Part shown: positions 1 to 13,849 of the stretch, piece after piece | Position numbering within the stretch: position 1 is the stretch's first letter | Layout of the letters: each line of letters starts with the position of its first letter | Origin: Tubiluchus corallicola | Lineage: Eukaryota; Animalia; Priapulida | DNA: 51,789 nucleotides | Direction of reading: 5' to 3' | Assembly: GCA_030141605.1 (NCBI GenBank) | Contig: JAQGDQ010001254.1 | Location: 1 to 51,789 of the forward strand | Program-made: the position numbers and the translations under genes | The notes under the pieces: generated by a model | The model's database searches: none | What the model saw: the letters and a program-made list of their open reading frames with translations, nothing else | What the model was told of the DNA's origin: nothing

Positions 1-342
1 GACGTTTTATACTTTGATGTAGTACATAGGAAAACTGCATACAGTCTATACAGTAGAGTAATGCAAAGCTCAAATCTTCTTATAAAGGCATTGAATAACA
101 GTGACGCATTTTACACTTCAGACATAAGAGACCAGTGGAGGAAAGTGTTAGGTAGAAATTATGAGTGACGACTCAGGCTGGACGCATGATATTGTATATA
201 TATATATATAGATTGTACTGTTACTTTATTTATTTATGTATTAATTTGCATGTGTTGAGAGGAGGTGTTATAAGTATTGTATGTCTTGTAATTATTGTTT
301 GTTATGTGTTCTATGAACCTGGTTCGAAATAAAGAGTTAAAT
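1..342 (+). mobile_element. 3' end of RTE-X-like LINE (copy A; ORF2 C-terminus and 3' UTR), continues upstream of the window
   Basis: Matches 6273-6614 at a constant offset of 6272 with 3 substitutions (116, 135, 151). Stop TGA at 166-168 and AATAAA at 328-333. The (AAATC)n tail seen in copy B is absent. Confidence 0.93.
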
Positions 343-1120
343 TTAGAAGTTATATAGAGCGTTACTGCTATTGCAAGCTCTGTATCGAATAAGACAGCAT
401 GTAACTGATACAAAATTTCAAGGAGAATTTTTAAACTTTATTTACGAAGGGTCCTTTCTTGTGCTTTAACGTCTAACAGCTGCTGTTACAAACAGACACA
501 GTAGTAAGGAGAACCTGTTAAATTATGTTAAAAACAGTAGATTATGATAAATAATTATGTTGACAGATGCTGATATGATGAAGCCAGTTAAGGAGTGGTG
601 TCACGTGATTACGTGATCTAGGAATTGAGGCGTCCGGACACCCAGCTGGGGAAATTAGTCTCAGATTAAGTCTGGGAGCCGGACCGTACAGAGAGCCGTT
701 AGATCAGGGGCCTTTGGCATTGCCATCTATTATATCTATTATGTTGATGTTTAATAAACGTGCCATTTTATAATCAGACTCTTCATAGCTTTGCCATTCC
801 TCAAGCACCAATAAGCAGCTACACACGACCAATGCAATGCACTATCCACTATACAACGAAATTAATTTTACTGGTCGCCTCGAATACTTACTGAGGTGCC
901 GTGAGGTAAGTGCCTGTTCAGTTGTCGTCTTGGCAAATCGACTTCTGCATTCGCATCATTCAGGAGTTTGTCACGATTCACCTTTGTGTTCAAGTCGCGT
1001 ACGCAGTCGTAGACCCGGTCAAAGTCGTTTCTGATGCCGTTGTACTCGTCCACGTTTTCAGCGAGAGCGTTCAATATCAAATAAAGTGTCTTAAGATGAT
1101 TCTCATCGAGGGCTAAAATA

Positions 1121-1156
<36 letters not shown>

Positions 1157-1624
1157 CTTTTATTTATCTTTTAACACACGCACAGTTGTAATACAATTAA
1201 TTTGGTAACAAAAATGTGAAGAAAGGGCAGCGAAAGACCAATTGGTCATCTAGTCAGCTGCCCTTTGGTTAGTGAACATTTTTAATAGGCGCTATGCTAC
1301 AGTGTATTAGTGTTAGTACTGCTTATAATAAAAACTAAATTGTTACGAATGACACTAAATTGATATGCTTATAACGTGTTAGTACAATTCATAAACAGTA
1401 ATAATAAGTGCATAATATAAAAAAAATCAAACTGAACTGAAGTAACAACTGAAACAAGAACTGAAATAAAAATCTGACAACAGAAACATAATAACAATGG
1501 CAACTGAAATTTACTTTAGCATAATTCTTAGACATAAGCAAGCGAATGTGTAATGGAGTCATAATATATCATAATAATGTAAAAAAATACAGAGCGACGT
1601 ATGAGACTTTCTTCAATTTGACGA
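333..1624 (-). repeat. Left arm of a 1292-bp inverted duplication (derived copy)
   Basis: Reverse complement of 2724-4015 (paired coordinates sum to 4348). Base-by-base reading found only 2 mismatches (1006/3342 and 1036/3312). Confidence 0.97.
892..1112 (-). pseudogene. Inverted duplicate of the host coding exon 3236-3456
   Basis: Same AG/GTAAGT splice sites on the minus strand and an identical peptide. It could instead be an exon of a minus-strand paralog extending beyond the window. Confidence 0.7.
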
Positions 1625-1964
1625 AAAGCTCATCCCACTAGGCAACACCCCAGTGAGCTGCTACATCTAGAAGGTGTCTTGTATAGGCAATATCACTCTA
1701 GTTAAATACTAAATAGTTACAATAAAGCATGACAATATACAGGATTAGGCAGTAACATTAGGCAAAACCAGGTTGCTTAGTGTTTATTGGCAAACCACAT
1801 TATAAGAAGCGTTGTAAAGAGGAATACAGGCCTATAGTGCAGCCTACGCCACAATTATTTTGGTTGTTTAGCAGTGCATGGGAAACTTGGAGAAACAAAA
1901 CAACATTTATTCAAACAATAGCTTTAACAGAACGTTGCTTTAATTTCAGCTTATAAGTTAAAGT

Positions 1965-2415
1965 CATGAAACATCTTTAATGAATCAGCATGTGGTGTTA
2001 ATGAGGTCCCCCACACAGTTTTTTCAAATCGAATAAATACCCAAAAGTAAAATATACCGGAATGTGGGTGGCGGTTTCTGCGTTTGTTTACAATATGACG
2101 GCACGCATGGTCATTGAGATTCTGGCCACTGACCAGCGTGAACTGCTGACTGCCCATATGATGACATTGATTGATTATGTGATGTGTCATAGTATATTTC
2201 AAGGGTGGCAAAGCTTGTAAAAACGTGATGATAGAGAATACAGTTGCTTTTGATTGCCCTAGCATTTACTGCAAATAAATCTTACTGCAAGTTTTTTGAT
2301 TTCGAAAGATGAAATTTCATTTTACCGTTTAGTATTGTTTTTATTCTGAATCACACATATATAGGGGCACCTTAATCTTAGAAATGCTGAGGGCCTTTTG
2401 AGGTTTTAGTAAAAT
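1965..2415 (+). mobile_element. Diverged copy of a dispersed MITE family (other copies ~17434-18090, ~18141-19080, 22899-24094)
   Basis: Shared blocks CACACAGTTTTTT-CAAATCGAATA, GTTTGTTTACAATATGACGGCA and ATCTTACTGCAAGTTTTTTG. Confidence 0.75.
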
Positions 2416-3079
2416 AATTGGTTAAAGTCTATTTATTCTTGTGGTTAATGCTGATTATTGTTGTTTATTGTGTGACGCGTGAAATTTGGGCATGGCAAAC
2501 TATCAAGACTTTATTTCATAAACTACACATTTATTAAACATCAAACACAACACGGTAAATATAAGAGGATAGTAATGCCAGCCCTCCGTCTTCGAGTCAG
2601 TTCCTACTCTTTCTCGGGGTGAATTATTAATTTAATAATTTAATCACCAATTTAATCAAAATCGCTATTTAACACAGCTTTTCTTTACTGCTTTAATACA
2701 GCCTAATTATAGGAGAAGTTTTATCGTCAAATTGAAGAAAGTCTCATACGTCGCTCTGTATTTTTTTACATTATTATGATATATTATGACTCCATTACAC
2801 ATTCGCTTGCTTATGTCTAAGAATTATGCTAAAGTAAATTTCAGTTGCCATTGTTATTATGTTTCTGTTGTCAGATTTTTATTTCAGTTCTTGTTTCAGT
2901 TGTTACTTCAGTTCAGTTTGATTTTTTTTATATTATGCACTTATTATTACTGTTTATGAATTGTACTAACACGTTATAAGCATATCAATTTAGTGTCATT
3001 CGTAACAATTTAGTTTTTATTATAAGCAGTACTAACACTAATACACTGTAGCATAGCGCCTATTAAAAATGTTCACTAA

Positions 3080-3191
3080 CCAAAGGGCAGCTGACTAGAT
3101 GACCAATTGGTCTTTCGCTGCCCTTTCTTCACATTTTTGTTACCAAATTAATTGTATTACAACTGTGCGTGTGTTAAAAGATAAATAAAAG

Positions 3192-3227
<36 letters not shown>

Positions 3228-3230
3228 TAT
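3080..3230 (+). mobile_element. LINE (L2/CR1-like) 3' terminus abutting the exon acceptor; mirrored at 1118-1268
   Basis: Stem AAAGGGCAGC (3082-3091) / GCTGCCCTTT (3117-3126), AATAAA at 3184-3189, then an (ATT)n tail. This is the usual 3'-end layout of these LINEs. Confidence 0.6.
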
Positions 3231-3235
3231 TTTAG

Positions 3236-3456
3236 CCCTCGATGAGAATCATCTTAAGACACTTTATTTGATATTGAACGCTCTCGCTGAAAACGTGGAC
3301 GAGTACAACGGTATCAGAAACGACTTTGACCGGGTCTACGATTGCGTACGCGACTTGAACACAAAGGTGAATCGTGACAAACTCCTGAATGATGCGAATG
3401 CAGAAGTCGATTTGCCAAGACGACAACTGAACAGGCACTTACCTCACGGCACCTCA
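3236..3456 (+). CDS. Penultimate coding exon of a host gene (xLDENHLKTLYLILNALAENVD...HLPHGTS); product unknown, weakly gasdermin C-terminal-like
   Basis: Acceptor TATTTTAG ends at 3235 and donor TCA|GTAAGT is at 3457-3462. The 221-nt frame is open and more GC-rich than its flanks. It ends in phase 0, matching the phase-0 start of exon 8902. Both arm mismatches are synonymous in this frame. Confidence 0.8.
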
Positions 3457-3522
3457 GTAAGTATTCGAGGCGACCAGTAAAATTAATTTCGTTGTATAGT
3501 GGATAGTGCATTGCATTGGTCG

Positions 3523-3864
3523 TGTGTAGCTGCTTATTGGTGCTTGAGGAATGGCAAAGCTATGAAGAGTCTGATTATAAAATGGCACGTTTATTAAACA
3601 TCAACATAATAGATATAATAGATGGCAATGCCAAAGGCCCCTGATCTAACGGCTCTCTGTACGGTCCGGCTCCCAGACTTAATCTGAGACTAATTTCCCC
3701 AGCTGGGTGTCCGGACGCCTCAATTCCTAGATCACGTAATCACGTGACACCACTCCTTAACTGGCTTCATCATATCAGCATCTGTCAACATAATTATTTA
3801 TCATAATCTACTGTTTTTAACATAATTTAACAGGTTCTCCTTACTACTGTGTCTGTTTGTAACA
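3523..3864 (-). mobile_element. Possible solo-LTR-like segment (mirrored at 484-825; diverged relative near 2470-2600)
   Basis: TGT...ACA ends, an internal AATAAA, and a partial diverged second copy. No TSD found. Confidence 0.3.
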
Positions 3865-4108
3865 GCAGCTGTTAGACGTTAAAGCACAAGAAAGGACCCT
3901 TCGTAAATAAAGTTTAAAAATTCTCCTTGAAATTTTGTATCAGTTACATGCTGTCTTATTCGATACAGAGCTTGCAATAGCAGTAACGCTCTATATAACT
4001 TCTAAATTTAACTCTGTGATGACCAGGGCCTATTTCAAGGGGGGGAGTGGGGATACTTCCCCGGGGCTCACCCTCCAGGGGGGCCTCACGCCAAGGTAGC
4101 ACACTCTC

Positions 4109-6701
<2,593 letters not shown>

Positions 6702-8011
6702 CACACGCGCTGTTTGCCAGTATTGACAAGTATTAAGGACTGGTCTTGAGAATAAAGCAGTTTTTCTTTCAATTGTTCTTTCCTTTAACAACTGTATAAC
6801 TCCATATTTTCTCTTCGGAAATGCCTCTCCGGTGTTCTAGTGGTTCGAAAATTTTCTGGGCGCCAACCATGGTAGCGCCCGCCCCCGACGCTTCCCCCCC
6901 CAATGGGGCCTCACACGCCCCACTTCCCCGGGCCTTGCCTAGGCTGAAATAGGCCCTGGTGATGACTGGTAGGCACAGCCATTTTGATACAAGTCATTGT
7001 TACAAAGATTGTGTAAAGTTTGAAGAAATAATCACAGCATTCGTAGCGCACTCTTTATTACTAAGCAAAAGTTTAAATTACTTTATATTGTCAATAAATC
7101 AACAATGCGTTTTTTGGTGCATCAGCGGTGCACAGAGGGATTGGCGCGATGCAGTGCTGTTTTACCAGGTGGCGCGAATATTTTAAATTATTAATAATTT
7201 TCTTTTGCAACTACATAAGTCTCTTTCAAATAGTTAAGCGTCGTGTAAATTAATATAACTTTGTATGTAAAGTTTTCTGAGATATATCTTAAAATTCCGT
7301 GTTCTTGCCCTTTAAATTAGCAAACATTAGCGGTGGTGTTGGCGAGAAATGTGCAAATGAAATTAAAATTTGAGAGAAGTGCGCTTTTTATTAGTGTGCA
7401 TTTGTGGTTAAAGCTTTGCTGAAAGTGACTTTTTTTACAGTGAAAATAATATAGATGTTTGTATGTATAATTCTACTGCCAATTTTCAACATGAATTTCT
7501 TGTACTAAAAAAGTATAAGCAGTTTAGACAGCTCTACTTCGAAAAAAATCAAAGTAGAACTATTAGAAATAGCTAAAGCCCAGTCTTAAGGAAGTTAGGC
7601 TTATTTCAGTGTGCGAAAAATGCTAGGATTTAGTAATAAAAGTGTGATAAGCATCTTGGGTAATTAGTAAAATCATTTAAAAGTCTCGATCATTTCACGC
7701 TTGGGCGCTCCCATTTTGAAATTCCATTCTTCCACCAGTGACGTCGTTTCTTCTACTGAAGAAAAGCAGTGCACTGTCAGTTTCTGTCAAATGTATGATA
7801 AGTTTTTGAAAACATTAGATAGCTGATTTTGTGATATTTTTACATGAACATTAAGTAGGATGCAGAAGTTTGAATTAGTTTAAGCAGCACGGAAAGCCAC
7901 GAAGAGGTTACGAAAAGTCACGAAGTCCGCCTATACATCACAATTTTCAAGGGAATGGCGGCAACCATTTTCTGTGTTTTCTAAAAAGTGTCAGAATCTT
8001 CGTAAGAATAT

Positions 8012-8799
8012 CTATAGATTTTACATGTCAAATCTAGACCTACGTTAACTCAAATGTAGATTTAGGTAATTCAAATGTGTCTTGGTAACTCAAATATAGA
8101 TTTAGGTAATTCAAATGTGTCTTGGTAACTCAAATGTAGACTTAGGTAGTTCAAATGTGTTAACAATGGTTTTCAAGAAATCTTAAGCGTTTTTGGTAAG
8201 TCAAATGTAGACACATGTCAAGTCAAATGTGACATAGGTATCTCAAATGTGGATAGGTGTTAAATTTTAAGTATGTTAAAATTTAATCTTCTTTAATTTC
8301 AATTTAATAATTGCTCTTAAGTTAAAATAACAACGTTATAGGTTCACTAATATTCTGCAAACTTTACATACCACTGGAACTGTTAGAGAAAACAATACAT
8401 TCTTAAAATACAAAATGTTTCTTGAGAGAAACTAATTCATTAATGCAGTGCTAATGCATTACTTAAAAAACTAATTAGTGATTCACTGTTCATCGGGAAG
8501 TGGGAACCGATTTATTCTTTTCTGCCGACATTTTTTGTAAAACGTTGACAAATAAAATGTAGAATTGGTGTATATAAATAGTCCATACAAATAGTTGCAA
8601 ATTAATTCAATATAATAAAAATTGATGCTGCCGATAGCACCATGACCATAAAATATAATTTTAATTTGGTTTTATCTTTTTGTAATTTGCACTTGAATGA
8701 GTTAATTACCGATTTATTCAAAGTACCGCATCTACATTTGACTTACCTAACTCACATTTGAACTTTCCTGTGTCTACATTTGACGTGTAAAACCTATAG
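8012..8799. mobile_element. Palindromic MITE (TATA-GGTTTTACACGTCAAATGTAGAC family), copy 1 with extra internal sequence
   Basis: Inverted termini and internal TCAAATGT subrepeats. Same family as 14849-15151 and 29845-30157. Confidence 0.85.
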
Positions 8800-8901
8800 A
8801 ATCGAGTGTGAGGACCGGTTATGCGTTTTTACATTGTTTTACAAAGTGCTAATTTTACTGTTGTCAAATATAATAAATTGCGTTTTTTTCATTTTTTTTA
8901 G

Positions 8902-9093
8902 TTGGGCGCCACAGCTTACGGTCTGAAGGGAGACATTCTTTCCAACCTGATGGAACTACAGAAGGAGGTGCAAGATAGCGGCACCAATCTTCAACACCTG
9001 ATAACCAAAGCAGCGCGCCACCTAGCGTACAAATCTCTGGAGAAGCTGTATGGAAGACATTGGTCAGCCGGTGAATCGTCAGAACCCCACTAA
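8902..9093 (+). CDS. Terminal coding exon of the same host gene (LGATAYGLKGDILSNLMELQKEV...YGRHWSAGESSEPH*)
   Basis: Strong polypyrimidine tract plus TAG ending at 8901. 63 open codons to TAA, with exon-like composition. The other two frames stop early. Confidence 0.8.
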   Translation: MGATAYGLKGDILSNLMELQKEVQDSGTNLQHLITKAARHLAYKSLEKLYGRHWSAGESSEPH

Positions 9094-9419
9094 TCTCTAG
9101 ACAGCAGCAGCATTGTTTTACTTCTATTTAACTATTTAATTTTGACTTAGCAACATTGTGCCTGTGTTGTGATTTGTAGTATGTTTGTGCCTTACATAAG
9201 AAGTGCCATTGAAACTTTCTAAAACAGTACCTAGAACAAAGCTCCATCCACACTTTAGATAACTTAGTTTTAAAGAAATAGTCCAGCAATGGTTCTTTGT
9301 CAAGGTTTGTTTGAAATTGTCTTTTGTGTGTCTTCTGTGCATTGTCTTTTGTATATAATAACGTAAATAGTGTGTCCTCTTGTATGTGTGTTTTTGTTGT
9401 TGTGTGCTTTGTTTTATTG

Positions 9420-11088
9420 CAATTTCTGTAATTTTAGTCTTGTGGGTTAATGTGTAGTCTTCAGTAATTTTAGTCTTATGGTTTAATGTGTAGTTTTCAG
9501 TAATTTTAGTCTTAAGGTTTAATGTGTAGTTTTCAGTAACTTTAGTCTTATGGTTTAATGTGTAGTTTTCAGTAATTTTAGTCTTATGATTTAACGTGTA
9601 GTCTTCAGTAATTTTAGTCTTAAGGTTTAATGTATAGTTTTCAGTAATTTTAGTCTTATAGTTTAATGTGTAGTCTTTACGGCGACCCCGCATAGGGAAA
9701 ATCTGGGAAGAAGAAGAAGAAGAAGTTTAATGTGTAGTCTTCAGTAATTTTAGTCTTATGGTTTAATGTGTAGTTTTCAGTAATTTTAGTCTTAAGGTTT
9801 AATGTGTAGTTTTCAGTAATTTTAGTCTTATGGTTTAATGTGTAGTTTTCAGTAATTTTAGTCTTATGGTTTAATGTGTAGTTTTCAGTAATTTTAGTCT
9901 TAAGGTTTAATGTGTAGTTTTCAGTAACTTTAGTCTTATGGTTTAATGTGTAGTTTTCAGTAATTTTAGTCTTATGATTTAACGTGTAGTCTTCAGTAAT
10001 TTTAGTCTTAAGGTTTAATGTGTAGTTTTCAGTAACTTTAGTCTTATAGTTTAATGTGTAGTTTTCAGTAATTTTAGTCTTATGGTTTAATGTGTAGTTT
10101 TCAGTAATTTTAGTCTTAAGGTTTAATGTGTAGTTTTCAGTAACTTTAGTCTTATGGTTTAATGTGTAGTTTTCAGTAATTTTAGTCTTATGATTTAACG
10201 TGTAGTCTTCAGTAATTTTAGTCTTAAGGTTTAATGTGTAGTTTTCAGTAATTTTAGTCTTATAGTTTAATGTGTAGTCTTTACGGCGACCCCGCATAGG
10301 GAAAATCTGGGAAGAAGAAGAAGAAGAAGTTTAATGTGTAGTCTTCAGCAATTTTAGTCTTATGGTTTAATGTGTAGTTTTCAGTAATTTTAGTCTTAAG
10401 GTTTAATGTGTAGTTTTCAGTAACTTTAGTCTTATGGTTTAATGTGTAGTTTTCAGTAATTTTAGTCTTATGATTTAACGTGTAGTCTTCAGTAATTTTA
10501 GTCTTAAGGTTTAATGTGTAGTTTTCAGTAATTTTAGTCTTATAGTTTAATGTGTAGTTTTCGTGACCTGCATAGGGTAAATCTGGGAGAAGAAGAAGAG
10601 AAGTTTAATGTGTAGTCTTCAGTAATTTTAGTCTTATGGTTTAATGTGTAGTTTTCAGTAATTTTAGTCTTATGGTTTAATGTGTAGTTTTCAGTAATTT
10701 TAGTCTTATGGTTTAATGTGTAGTTTTCAGTAATTTTAGTCTTACAGTTTAATGTGTAGTCTTCAGTAATTTTAGTCTTATAGTTTAATGTGTAGTCTTC
10801 AGTAATTTTAGTCTTATGGTTTAATGTGTAGTTTTCAGTAATTTTAGTCTTATGGTTTAATGTGTAGTTTTCAGTAATTTTAGTCTTAAGGTTTAATGTG
10901 TAGTCTTCAGTAATTTTAGTCTTATGTTTTAATACATAGTCTTCAGTAATTTTAGTCTTATGGTTTAATGTGTAGTTTTCAGTAATTTTAGTCTTAAGGT
11001 TTAATGTGTAGTCTTCAGTAATTTTAGTCTTATGTTTTAATGTGTAGTCTTCAGTAATTTTAGTCTTATGTTTTAATGTGAAGTCTTA
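9420..11088. repeat. 36-bp minisatellite with three embedded RTE 3'-tail inserts
   Basis: Unit GTTTAATGTGTAGTTTTCAGTAATTTTAGTCTTATG. Inserts at 9678-9724, 10282-10328 and 10562-10602. Confidence 0.95.
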
Positions 11089-11584
11089 ATGTCTTTCTTA
11101 TATATATATATATATATATGTTTTATTTACTTTACATGTATGTTTTACATGGATTTTAAGCCTGAAATAAAAATGTGAATTGAATTGAATTAAAATGAAA
11201 TAATGAAATTCTGTGCTACATAGGTTTTTGTAAAATTTGCCTACATATTTGTTTCATGTAAACGATTGTCTGTTTTTTCTTATAATATATTTATTTACGT
11301 AACTTATATATTGTAGCCTGTGCTTTTATTTATTCAAATCTAGGGAGCACATGTAACTAAAATTTTATATTAGTTTTACACATTACAACTTTCATTACAC
11401 ATTAAGGACGTTTGTTTGACCAGTTTCATGAGTAAAAAAAGTTGTGAAACCTTCTCTTTTTCGTCAAAGTAAAGCTTTCACAGTATTTTGTAGTTTTGGT
11501 GTTTTAATTTATTGTTCATTACATAACTTTTTGTAGTGATAAATAAAAAACGCTAAATTATTAACTGCCAACTTCTGGAAATAG

Positions 11585-12900
11585 TGCTATCTTTAACTCT
11601 AAAAACATTGCCATCTTTAACTCTAAAACGCTGCCATATTTTGCTCTGAAACACTACTATCTTTAGCTCTAAAAACACTGCTATCCTTAACTCTAAAAAC
11701 ACTGCTATCCTTAACTCTAAAAACACTGCTATCCTTAACTCTAAACACACTGCTATCCTTAACTCTAAAAACACTGCTATCCTTAACTCTAAAAACACTG
11801 CTATCTCTTGCTCTAAAAACACTGCTATCCTTAACTCTAAAAACACTGCTATCCTTAACTCTAAAAACACTGCTATCCTTAACTCTAAACACACTGCTAT
11901 CCTTAACTCTAAAAACACTGCTATCCTTAACTCTAAAAACACTGCTATCCTTAACTCTAAAAACACTGCTATCCTTAACTCTAAACACACTGCTATCCTT
12001 AACTCTAAAAACACTGCTATCCTTAACTCTAAACACACTGCTATCCTTAACTCTAAAAACACTGCTATCTCTTGCTCTAAAAACACTGCTATCCTTAACT
12101 CTAAAAACACTACTATCTTTAGCTCTAAAAACACTGCTATCCTTAACTCTAAAACACTGCTATCCTTAACTCTAAAAACACTGCTATCCTTAACTCTAAA
12201 AACACTGCTATCCTTAGTTCTAAAAACACTGCTATCCTTAACTCTAAAAACACTGCTATCCTTAACTCTAAAAACACTGCTATCCTTAGCTCTAAAAACA
12301 CTGCTATCCTTAACTCTAAAAACACTGCTATCCTTAACTCTAAAAACACTGCTATCCTTAGCTCTAAAAACACTGCTATCCTTAACTCTAAAAACACTGC
12401 TATCCTTAACTCTAAAAACACTGCTATCCTTAACTCTAAAAACACTGCTATCTCTTGCTCTAAAAATCCTGCTACATGTAATTCTAAAACTCTGCTATCT
12501 TTAATTCTAAGAACACATATTTAAATCTAAAACACTGCTATCTTTAATTCTAAAAACACATTTAATTCTAAAACACTGCTATCTTTAACTCTAAAAACAC
12601 TACTATATTTAATTCTAAAACACTGCTATCTTTAACTCTAAAAGCACTGCTATATTTAATTCTAAAACACTGCTATCTTTAATTCGAAAAACACTGCTTT
12701 CTTTAATTCTAAAAACACTGCTATCCTCAGGTCTAAAAACTGCTGTGTCTAAAAACATTACAAAACCTCTTTAGCTCTGAAACACTGTTATTGTTTGCTT
12801 TAAAAACACTGCTATCTTTAACTCTGAAACACCATCAACTTCAGCTCTAAAACTGCTATTTTTAGCTCTGAACACTGCTATCTTTAGGTTTAAAAACACG
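11585..12900. repeat. 24-bp minisatellite, degenerating at both edges
   Basis: Unit AACACTGCTATCCTTAACTCTAAA, with 8-aa periodicity in the ORF track. Confidence 0.95.
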
Positions 12901-13079
12901 ACTATGCTTTATGACTTTTTGTGAAATCGGAATTTTTGATAATATTATTGTTTCTTCATACAAGAAAGTGTCAGTTTTTGTTACAAGCCAGATACGAGGA
13001 ATTATTTCTGGGTAATTTAATTTTTTTACACACATTGATAAGAACGCTGTGCTCCTATTTTTTGTCAAGTTCGCGGCGT

Positions 13080-13244
13080 TCTGGAAGCAATGCTCTGATT
13101 TCACAAAATATTTATTTCCTAGTATGTGCTGCCATCTGCTGGCAAGGAATTTAACCAATTCTCACTAATGCATAATCTGGTAGCGATGCTCTGATCCCAC
13201 AAAATATTTATTTCCCAGGATGTGCTGCCATCTGATGGCAAGGA
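13080..13244. repeat. Two-copy ~96-bp tandem duplication containing a CTCF-like motif
   Basis: TGCTCTGAT..CACAAAATATTTATTTCC.AG..TGTGCTGCCATCTG.TGGCAAGGA occurs twice. Confidence 0.85.
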
Positions 13245-13338
13245 GACGTAGTAGTAATTGTCTTGATAGACAGTCTCAACAAATTACTCTTATATGCAAC
13301 TAAAACTTAATGGGAACAGAAAATATAAATTTATGTGT

Positions 13339-13745
13339 CAGCGGCGGATTATGATTTTATGGGCCTTAGGCTTGAGCTTGGAACGGGCCTTTTAAATGTT
13401 GCTACATTGCTGAGCTGACGTGTTTTTGTGGAGCTCTCGTCGTTTGTAAGTTTGTTTAATTTTGTGAGTTTTTGCCCACCGATTGTGATAAAAATTATAT
13501 CTTCTTGATCCTTGAGTTGTGGACTAGGACTATATAAACACGATTACAGCTTGGTGAGTTTCTGGGTTAGATGTCAACTAAAATAAGCCAATCAGAAACT
13601 CTGAAAGTAACTTTTGTGTAAACCCGATTTGAAATATAGTGACTGACTTTTGAAAAAAAAAACTTTTTTCTATATTTTGCCGGGCCCCTTTTGATCCCGG
13701 GCCTTAGGCTTCAGCCTATTCAGCCTATAGGGCTATCCGCTACAG
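13339..13745. mobile_element. Degenerate hAT-like MITE
   Basis: Imperfect ends CAGCGGCGGAT / ATCCGCTACAG and a repeated GGGCCTTAGGCTT subterminal motif. The TSD matches only partly. Confidence 0.55.
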
Positions 13746-13849
13746 TGTGTGTTTTAGTTAGATATCATAAATTATAAGCCTCTGATAAGGCATTTGCCAT
13801 TTCCCGGTAATTTCCATTGGCTTAGGTTGAGTGAGTTGCTTAGTTACAT

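Larger units (their letters stand above)
2724..4015 (+). repeat. Right arm of the 1292-bp inverted duplication (ancestral copy)
   Basis: Pairs with 333-1624. It continues without a break into the TTAA-flanked MITE 3883-7311, which is truncated in the left arm. Confidence 0.97.

Noticed and set aside
837-1116. Plus-strand ORFs 837-1034 and 910-1116 and their mirrors
   Set aside because: They are antisense shadows of the real exon frame, and the arm mismatches are non-synonymous in them.
333-4015. Polinton/Maverick or Foldback transposon with 1.3-kb TIRs
   Set aside because: There is no TSD. The arms contain a host exon and a truncated piece of another MITE, so this is a duplication of genomic sequence rather than element termini.
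9136-12445. Repeat-protein ORFs (YTLNHKTKITEN, FLELRIAV)
   Set aside because: They are by-products of 36- and 24-bp minisatellites, broken by inserts and frameshifts, with no splice context.
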